From Amoebophrya sp. A120 (Eukaryota > Protista > Dinoflagellata), in assembly GCA_905178155.1 (NCBI GenBank), contig CAJINV010000018.1, positions 1,096,609 through 1,160,608 of the forward strand: a DNA stretch of 64,000 bases, written 5' to 3'. The translations under genes were made by a program, and so were the position numbers. This document shows, piece after piece, positions 56,001 to 64,000 of this stretch. Position 1 is the stretch's first letter. Each line of letters starts with the position of its first letter. The notes under the pieces were generated by a model. The model was not told the DNA's origin, did no database searches, and saw nothing but the letters and a program-made list of their open reading frames with translations.

Positions 56001-59000
56001 GCATATCGCGGCGGACTCTCTGGATTTGCCTTCTGGCAAGACAGACAGGATTTGTGGTCACAAATCTGCATCACAAATTTTCGGAAGGACATCTTCTCAA
56101 TATGGGGAGGGGGGATTTTTGCTTTTGATATGCACTGCTTGTTTGCCTCTTTGAAAAAACCGTTGAACTTATCCCACAGAAAAAAGCAGGCAGGTCATAT
56201 TTGTAATGCAAAAATAAATACACAAAAAAATACGCATTGCATATCCTAAACAGCATGCTATGGGGCTGCCCATGACAGAGCTTTTTGTGTATCAATTTTT
56301 GCAATACAAATATGCCGTGCCTGCTTTTTTCTGTAGGATAGAACTCAAAAGTCGGCACGCCCTTCGACAGCGTGCCGCGCTTCTGCCACGGGCCGTTGGC
56401 GGACGGGCGGTAGCTCGGGTTTAAGTGCTCCGCAAGAATCTATTGGTAAATTAGAGTACTACGCATGGGTAGAAACCGATTCGTAGTTGTTTCTAAAAAT
56501 AGAACTACTTGATGCAGATGCAAGTATCGTATTTCTCAACACAAAGAACGAAAGGACCAGGAGATGAAAATGTACGTAAAATACTGATGTGCGCCGTCAA
56601 GTTGTCAAAAGCATTCTCAGGAGCAAGGTATACGCAAGTATACCTTTGCGATCGAGGGTTTTTCTGCGACCATGAGCACGGTTGGTTTCTTGTTCGGGTC
56701 CAAGCTCCGGACCGCTTGTGCCTTTTCCTCCTTCTCCTTCTTTTCTTCGTGCCACCGACTCAAATAGAAGTAGTGCGCGAGGTAGTTCCCCCTACGGTAA
56801 AGCTGTTCCGCCGCTCGCGCATCGTAGTTAACGTGCATGGCGCAGTCGCTACTAATCAGCGTGTCCTGCTCGAGCGTGGCGTCGAACTTCGGCGGGTCTT
56901 TCGTATTACAATGAAAAACGCCCCCACCCCCGAACTTGGGAGCATTTGCATTGCAAACCTTTCCAAATGAAACATTCGCCCTCTTGCATCTATCAGCATC
57001 ACAGGTTTCCAATCGTTAATAGCAAAAATTTCTATTGCAAAAGACCCCAGCAAGAGCGGCCCTTTTCATCATGCAAGCGATGCGATACACGCCTACACTC
57101 TGCATCAGAAAGATTCCTACTCCTTTCTTGCATGACGAAAAGTTTTCATGGGGGAACTTCGCATCACAAATTTTTGAAATTTCAGGGGTGGGGGGCACTT
57201 TTCACTGCAATATTTCGCGTTGTGGCTTTCGTCGGTGGAGAACGTGTCCAGTAATTCCCCCATCAGGGTAAACCCCTCGAAAATCTTGCCCAGGGATTTC
57301 CCCTTCGCGCCCGTCGCTGGGTTGTATTCGACACACTTATCTAGCATGTCCGGCGTGGCAAAGTGCGGCCCGCAGAAGAAGTTCTGCAGCACTTGGGGAA
57401 AGGTTCTGCTCACCGGGTGGTTCTGGAGCTTTTCCCAGACGTCCTGCCCATTTCTGATCCGCCGATGGTTACTGTAGTTGTGGCTCTCAAAGTTTCCGTT
57501 ACTCGCCCGGTAGTTGTGGAAAATCTTCGGCTTGATGTTGCTGTTGGTGACCACTTTGTTCAAGGATGAAGACCCCGCGTGGCTCCTTTCAACTACAGGC
57601 GCCGCACTGCTCAGAGGCCGGAGAGAGAACGAGGACCCTCGCGCAGCACCAGCACCTACCGACGCTGCTGCATTATCTCCATGTGTCGCCTTGTTCGCAA
57701 AAGTGGAAGCTGCTCCTGGGACGATTAGGGGAGCTATCGCTTTTGCAACGGGTGGTCGAAGACCAAGCTCGGCGCTTCCGGAGGTCGCTGCTCGTTGAGA
57801 GATAATTCTACTTGTACTTCCAGTCGGCGCGGCGGGAGGGTGATGCTCTTGTTCAACAAATGCAGCACGATCATCGTGTTGCTCCTGGCCTTCTTGCGCT
57901 GCTACATCTTCATCCTCGTAATTCTCGATCTCGTCGTAATTTTCCTCCTCGTCGTTCATCATGTACCGGTCTTCACCCAGGAAGTTCTGCCTGTTATATT
58001 CGTCATCTGAGTCCTCGTCTTGCTCCTGCCCGGGGTCGTCCCCGCCGACGTAATTCTCGCCGTCTTGCTGTTGATCCGCGTCCTCCTCCTCGTCTTCCGG
58101 CCCAACCCCAACGTCAAAAGGGTCATCCGGCATGTCGCGTACTTGATTCTCCTCGTAGTTCATTTCATCCTCGTTGTACTTTCCGTTGTCGTAATTGCCC
58201 TCTGGGTCGTGGTCATTCCAATCCGCACCATCGGCATCACCATGCCCCTCGTAATTGTCGTCTACCTCTGCAGTAGCATTCGATGCTGGTGCAGGTGCAC
58301 CAGCGCCCTTTGTTCCAAGATGATTTTTACCGATGTCTTCACCACCTCTTGTCGTCGTGGCCCTCGCCTCGGCTGCGTTAGTACGTGGTGCTATCGCAGG
58401 CCGTGAAGGGCCACTGCTGCTACTGCTCGCCATCTGTGACGACGTTGTCTGCTGCTGCGCGGTCAGCAAGGGACTCGCGCCGGAGGCCTTCGAAAAAGCG
58501 CCCGCTTTAGAAAACACGCCAGCGCCAGCTTTGGGAAGAGATGATGTACTACAACTTCCGGTAGTAGTGGTTGGCACACCTCCTGCCGTTGGTCCTCGCG
58601 GAGGTAAAGGTCTCAAGCCACTCGGCTTCAAATCGGCGGGCGAGGATCTTGATGGTCCTGTTCCTGGAGAGGAATTGGCAGCATGATTCTGTTGACCATC
58701 AAGCTCCGACATCTTTTTCCCAAAAGACCCAAGCGCTGTAACCGCCGCTGGTGGTGGTGCACCACCAGCCGATTTGCTGTTGGTTTCACGACCTCCTTGG
58801 ATCTCCGACAATTTTTTCCCACCTGAAAGTGGCTTGAGGACCACCGAATTTGTACTAGTAGCCGCACCAGGTCGTGTAGTTTGTTGAAACGCCGAAGGAA
58901 TGCTCCCAGCACCTCCGTTTAGTTTCGCCACGGGAATGATGGGCGCCGGCGGGGGGCTATCCAAGACAAAAAGATTGTAGGTGTAACTTTTTTGGAGGAA

Positions 59001-59661
59001 CAGCATGACAAATCTGTCTGGCATGAGAGCAAAAACCTGTCATGCGCAGATGGTACGTGAAAACGAGCTTGAGTGGACCTTTTAATGCATGCCCAGCATG
59101 ACAGCCGCAAGCACTTTGCATGTGGCGCATCACAAAGTTTAGACTAGCAATGTTTTTTTCTTCGATAGGGGCCCTCGGCCCAGGAATCCTTCGCCGCATC
59201 GCTGGACGAGGAATGCGACTTTATTTTCGAAACTCCGCTCTTCTGTTGTATCAAATGCAAATATGTCTGGGTCTGGAAGAGTCGGGGTTTGTCATGCACA
59301 CTTTGCATGACCCATGAGGTCAGTGATGCAGGTCCTAGCATCACAGATTTTTTGAGAGCTTCTTGATGCTTGTCACGCATGAGAAATGCCCTCACCGCGT
59401 GCCAAGAACTGAACGGTATTCTTGCTGCTCATGCAACACAGATATTTTTAGAATCCGCAGACAGCATTACAAGTTCCGGTCTCAGACATTTTTGCAGTGA
59501 ATATGTTGCTCGAGTTGCTGAAGCCTCTGTGCCGAGGGCGGTAAGGGCGTCAGCCGCGGCCGCTTCGCGTCGGGCTCGTAGGAACAGTTCGTGTAGTTGT
59601 TGTTTCCTCCATTAGACGCCTGCGGCGGCGAGGGACGCCGAAACTGGTCGAGCCGCTTCAT
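50030..59661 (-). CDS. TOP3B: DNA/RNA topoisomerase III beta (type IA) with a long N-terminal extension and a Gly/Lys-rich tail
   Basis: VLMVAEKPSIAK, TSTIGH, YLVLWLDCDKEGENICFEV, LSYGPCQTPTL, LISYPRTE (catalytic Tyr), DHPPIYP, LMDKNGIGTDAS, LVPTGLG; 15 introners and GT-AG introns 56440-56643 and 52002-52279. Confidence 0.92.
50526..50850. mobile_element. Introner, family C
   Basis: Family C TIR; DR acgac; internal duplication of ccccagagttgtcatgc. Confidence 0.88.
51121..51427. mobile_element. Introner, family G (307 bp)
   Basis: Closely similar to 16547-16853; DR cttgt. Confidence 0.9.
51504..51709. mobile_element. Introner, family J
   Basis: TIR tatcgaaagaaaaaagttcgtcac / gtgacaaacttttttctctccata; DR ccccg. 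Confidence 0.85.
52002..52279 (-). other. Canonical GT-AG intron containing an introner-type motif pair
   Basis: gtcatg|gtactt ... catcag|accaag; internal atttgtcatgc...gcatgacaaat. Confidence 0.7.
52926..53074. mobile_element. Introner, family D
   Basis: Family D TIR; DR cgatg/cgata. Confidence 0.88.
53165..53317. mobile_element. Introner, family D (ends swapped relative to 52926)
   Basis: tatgaactgcaaaagta / tacttttgcacaggata; DR gatgg. Confidence 0.88.
53366..53646. mobile_element. Introner, family C (inverse of 26611)
   Basis: Family C TIR; DR cgaat. Confidence 0.9.
53728..53880. mobile_element. Introner, family D
   Basis: Closely similar to 976-1125; DR acatc. Confidence 0.9.
53922..54177. 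mobile_element. Introner, family A
   Basis: Family A TIR; DR cgtac. Confidence 0.9.
54753..55079. mobile_element. Introner, family C variant
   Basis: cctgaggaaaaaaggggcccac / gtgggccccgtttttcctcagg; DR tggtg/tcgtg; AFT|KLLTW restored. Confidence 0.82.
55478..55743. mobile_element. Introner, family A
   Basis: Family A TIR (left end GAT); DR tgggt/taggt. Confidence 0.82.
55809..56130. mobile_element. Introner, family B
   Basis: Family B TIR; DR tgaac/tgcac. Confidence 0.88.
56170..56340. mobile_element. Introner, family E
   Basis: Family E TIR; DR gaact. Confidence 0.9.
56440..56643 (-). other. Canonical GT-AG intron
   Basis: gcaaag|gtatac ... caatag|attctt; KPSIAK|ILAEHL. Confidence 0.8.
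56904..57212. mobile_element. Introner, family K
   Basis: TIR tattacaatgaaaaacgcccccacccc / ggggtggggggcacttttcactgcaata; DR tttcg. Confidence 0.88.
58958..59167. mobile_element. Introner, family L
   Basis: tatccaagacaaaaagattg / caatgtttttttcttcgata; DR ggggc. Confidence 0.8.
59249..59503. mobile_element. Introner, family A
   Basis: Family A TIR; DR tgttg; related to 19176 and 32439. Confidence 0.85.
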
Positions 59662-60480
59662 TGTTGAGCAATAAATTGTAGTTGTCGCTGAGAGGATACA
59701 AGAAGGCAGTAGAAGAGGACTGGCAGTAGAGGTTATAGGAGTAATAGAATGGCCGGCGGACCCGGACGTACAAAAAACCAAAGTAAAAAGCCTACAGCCG
59801 GGAATAAATGCAGCTGTGATAGAAAATCTTAATGGGCACCACAATTGCTCTCACTATTGTACAGAATAGATCACTTCACTTCACTTCACTTTCTAAGGCC
59901 TCTGTGGGACTATCCAAGACCCGGTCTATTGCTAAATTTTTATCAAACGCATTCTGGTTGACTAAAACTTGACTGCCAACCTTGTTTCAAGATGGCACTG
60001 GACCTGGAGGCACAGGCACATTCTGACACAATAAAGATAAACTTTCCATCTTTACAAGCATTTCGTGCTGCCTACGCAAGCGTAGCGCCACGATTGAAAA
60101 AACTGAAAAATTGATCAAATCCGGGAAAATTGCGTGGATCGGAACTCCATTGCTGGAAGACAAGGCACAGCACAACGAGTGAAAAAACAGCGCGAAAAGA
60201 AGCCACAAAACAGCAAGAAGATCGTGCTACCAGTTACTTACCCACGTCGGGGGAGTAGAACACAGGTTTCTCGGGCGCTGAAGTAGCGACTTGAAATCGA
60301 CTGAAATTCACTTGCGATGTGTCGCTAGGCAGATGCAATATTCAAACTTCTTGCGTCTACTTGATGTCTATCGGAAGATTATGAGAAGTGCGCTGCCGGA
60401 AGAACTACATGTGTGAGCGACGACATATCCCATGAACAATAACGATCTATACACCACAAGCACCAGACCTGTACTTGCGG

Positions 60481-63400
60481 TCACGGCACGAGCAGAAAAT
60501 CTGCGCCGAAGAGCTTCGCTATGCAAGAGAAGAACTGTGTTAGTGTAACTTTCGTTGGCTGACAGCATCACAAATTTCCTCTACATGACAGAGAAAATCT
60601 GTCATGCGTGGCTTGCAAGGGAAAACACACATGAAAAGAGGACTCCATGGTTGTTTCGCATGACAGGTGTAACTCGTGCTGCATGTTCCGCATTTTTGCA
60701 GAGTTACACTTACACAGTTTTTTTCTTGCATATCCGCGGCGCAGCGGTCGTTATTGGCTTGGGAGGAAAACCCGTGAACCATGTTCGCGACCTCGTTCAG
60801 CCTGTTTAGCAATGACTCGAAGAATTCCGTGAACTCCGCGTATTTGCTATCGTAAGGAAAAATCCCTCCTCCTCATATCGAAAAGGCGCGCTTTTCAAAA
60901 TTTGCGATGCTGATTTGTGGCCACAGATCGAGTCGGTCTTGCAACCGAGCAAAGCCAGAGCTTCCGTCGCATTTCGCAGGCGATTTGTAATGCTGCTGCG
61001 CTAATGGGGCAGACATCTGCCATGCTAAGTAACTACCTAAGCCACCCCTTTCCGGGCTTTGTATCTGCCTGCAGTGCTGTACTGCAAGACAAATCTGATT
61101 TGTGTACGCAAATACAGCATCACAGACTTCCCTTTCGATATGGGGAGGGGGGATTTTTCCTTTTGATATTTGTCAAAGTCTTCCAACGGATCGGGCTCTG
61201 CGACGAAGTAGTAGGGCCCTTTAGATTTCGGGAAATCTACCCCGTTTATCATAAGGAAAAATCCCCCCTCCCCCTATCGAAACGGCACGCCTCGGAAAAT
61301 TTGTAATGCGGATTTGTGACTACAAATCGCGTCTGTCTTGCAAGAAGGCAACTCCACAGGTTCCACCGCATTATGCCGGCGGTCTGTGATGCTGGTGAGC
61401 CTAGAGCATAGACGTTTCTCATGCTAAACGCCTACGCCAACCCTTCTACTCAGGCGCGACATGGGCTCGCAGTCCTTCACTGCAAGACACAGCTGATTTG
61501 TGTACGCAAATCCAGCACCAGAAACTTCGTTTCGATATGAGGAAGGGGGATTTGATTTTTTCTTCTGATACCATTTGAGTGGATGCTCTCCTCCTCCACC
61601 CGCCGATATCCTAAGCCGAACAAAACTTTTCTCGCCGGCAGACAGTTGCCAAAGTCGTTCTGGAAGTCTTTGTTGTCCAAGCGTAGCACGTTCGGGTGCT
61701 CCTCGGGCCTCTTCGCCAGTGCTTCCGTCAACTTCCGCAGCGCCGGTAGGCGGTCTTGCTTGAAGCTCTGCAGACTGTTGGACCGCAACAGTTCCGAAAA
61801 ACTCTCGTTCAGCAGCTGGCGGCTGCTGGTCCCCTTGGACCGCTGCTTGTCCGCATCCGCGAGCAAAACCCAATTTTGCTCTCGCTCCATCATCTGCGCT
61901 TTGTCGTACAGCGCGGCTTCTTCGGCGAGCCGGAGGAGTTCGTTCGCCTTGTCCCGCTTTTCCTTCTCCTCCGCCAGTTCCTTCTCTCGTTTATCCCACA
62001 GAAAAAAGCAGGCAGGTCATCTTTGTAATGCGAAAATGAATACACGAAAAATCTGTATTGCGAAGCCTAAACAGCATGCTATGGCGCCGCCCATGACAGT
62101 GCTTACTGCGTATTTATTTTTGCATTGCAAATATGTCCTGCCTGCTTTTTTCTGTGGAATATCGTCTCTGCAGTTCCAACGCCTGCTGCCGTTCCGTGGC
62201 CGTCTGGATTTCCGCGCGCGCCCGTTTGTTTTCCTCCTCCTCGGCCAATTTTTGCCGTTTCTGCCTCTGCTGCTCCCGCTCCCTCTGCTTGGCGACTTCC
62301 GGATCTTGTTCGGACTCGAGGATGTACGTCCGCAGCTCTTGCCGCAACAGGTGCAGAGCTTTTTCTGCTTGTTCTTCATCCCCATTTACTATTCGTGTAC
62401 TGCTCGCCCCGGCGCCGGCGATTTTGATGTTGCCCTCGCTAGAAGTACTGTGGTCCCGCCCGACCTCCATAGGCATTATATCTCCACCGTCTCTGATCTC
62501 CTCCACGCACAGCAGCGTCTCGATTTTCCCTTTTAATATTTCCCAATCCGCGCACAGTGCGAGCACCTTCTCGCTCATCGCGGTGCCGTAGGTGGCGTGG
62601 GAAAGGAGCCGCTCGTACGTCTGGTAGTCTGCATCGGTGATATTAGAACTTGTCGCCTTTTTAGTACCCGTTGTGTTGTTCTGCTGCGACTCGCTTCTTG
62701 TAGCTTCCCGCACCTCCTCCGGCTCATGTTGATCAGTGGGCGCAGGATGGTTTTTCGCCCTCTGCTGTTCTTCTTTGTCCTGTTGCTGCTTCTCGAAGGC
62801 CTCTTCAAACTTGCTTTCCTTCTCGAAACCGTACTTCGACAGCAGTCTATCTACGTATCCCCAGCAAAAACGTTACCACCCCCGAGTTGTCATGCAAATG
62901 CCGAATGACAGGAACATATGTAATGCGCCTCTGCATGACAGGCATTTCCAATCGTGTTTTGGCATTTGTAATGCTGTAAATAGGATGAGAAAGTGGCTGT
63001 CTCATGCGGCTGCGCTTGCTAACCAGAACTACACTGCAGATGGAAACGTGTCATGCACAACTCCCTTAACTTTGAGATGTGTGTTGCAGATTTACTAACT
63101 TGACTATGGGGTGGGGATATTTTTGCACGGGATACTACGTCCTGCCGTGCGTGGGCCTTTTCCCGCATTGCGCGGAAGTCCGTTTCGTGAAAAAGCTATC
63201 AAATGCAAAGATGTCTGGGTCTGGAAACTTGTGATGCAAGACAGTCAATAACAAATGCACTGTAATGCGCCGCCAAGCATGACAGTTTTTTCGTGCTTCT
63301 GTGCTGCGTCTTCCGGATGAGAAACTGTGTTTTTGCATGACAGGCGAGAGAGGCTGTTTGTGGCCACGCAATACAGATTTAAGGGCCATGCCAGATCAGC

Positions 63401-63560
63401 ATGACAAGTTTCGCAATCTTCCAGACCCAGACATTTTTGCAATTCATAAAAGCAACCGCAGTTGCTGCTTCTGCTCCTCTATTGCTTGGAGCGTCAGGTC
63501 TCGCTGCTGCCATGCGTCCACCGCGGACCGGGCCTTTTTATAAATGGAGGAGGAGGCCAT
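60481..63560 (-). CDS. Coiled-coil protein with a probable C-terminal PUB-like domain
   Basis: Continuous frame from MASSSIYKK after removing 6 introners; LRKLTEALAKRPEEHPNVLRLDNKDF...VLFGLGY...EPDPLEDFDKY resembles PUB. Confidence 0.7.
60520..60732. mobile_element. Introner, family L
   Basis: TIR tatgcaagagaagaactgtgttagtgtaact / agttacacttacacagtttttttcttgcata; DR ttcgc/tccgc. Confidence 0.85.
60848..61168. mobile_element. Introner, family B
   Basis: Family B TIR; DR tttgc/tttgt. Confidence 0.88.
61247..61570. mobile_element. Introner, family B
   Basis: Family B TIR; DR ccgtt/ccatt. Confidence 0.88.
61992..62161. mobile_element. Introner, family E
   Basis: Family E TIR; DR tcgtt/tcgtc. 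Confidence 0.88.
62856..63134. mobile_element. Introner, family C
   Basis: Family C-like TIR; DR ctacg. Confidence 0.85.
63197..63448. mobile_element. Introner, family A
   Basis: Family A TIR; DR aaagc. Confidence 0.9.
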
Positions 63561-64000
63561 TGCTGTAGTGGATATCTAATACCGTGGGAAGAAGTACTTT
63601 ATACTGAAGACAAAAATTATGGCGCTACAAGCAACTACAACACTTGTGGTTTTGCGATAAGATGAAAAGTTGTAGAGTACATGAACAAACACGAATAGAC
63701 TGCCTGTTTATGAAAAGAAAATGGACCATGCCGAGGAACAACGTGAAAACAGAACTCCATGACCTGACAGTAAAACCTTCTGGGAGCGCAACTTTCGAAT
63801 CCTCGTGATCGACACTCATTTGATCATAATTCCCGTGTCATCCTGCATAGCAGATGATAGAGTGTGAGGTCCGTAGAGGCTCAAGTGCCGGAACCGTCGT
63901 CCAGAGATCCTGAAGTTTAGACAGATGACCATCCAGCGGTCGGGAAATACACGCTCTAAATCCAACAACGATATTCTGATAGGAATCCGTGTCTAAGAAC

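Noticed and set aside
61583-62536. Long plus-strand ORFs (also 7290..7844, 16948..17670, 17750..18355)
   Set aside because: Antisense shadows of minus-strand coding exons; some read through introners.
63870-63885. tccgtagaggctcaag as a relict dinoflagellate spliced leader
   Set aside because: It lacks the central CCATTTT and is on the strand opposite the genes; probably chance.

Overview
Eukaryotic genomic DNA, most likely a parasitic syndinian dinoflagellate such as Amoebophrya (inferred from architecture, not from a database match). All ~11 genes I can reconstruct lie on the minus strand. They include TOP3B, RAD17, a papain-family cysteine protease, a CRAL-TRIO protein, an LC8-type dynein light chain, a PUB-like protein, a ~13 kb gene of unknown function and small putatively secreted proteins. 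About 62 non-canonical, transposon-like introns (introners, mostly ~143-330 bp) from roughly 11 terminal-inverted-repeat (TIR) families interrupt these genes. Nearly all start TAT and end ATA and are flanked by a 5-bp direct repeat (DR) of free sequence. None has GT-AG ends, and all share an internal TGT[CGA]ATGC/GCAT[GCT]ACA motif. At nearly all coding junctions I translated by hand, removing the element plus one DR copy restores the frame. A few ordinary GT-AG introns coexist. Other features: a retroelement-like and a structured-RNA-like insert nested in introners, a 776-bp exonic insert flanked by a 65-bp duplication, a 1-6 nt micro-exon and a GC-rich TIR element. Coordinates were counted by hand and may be off by a few bases.
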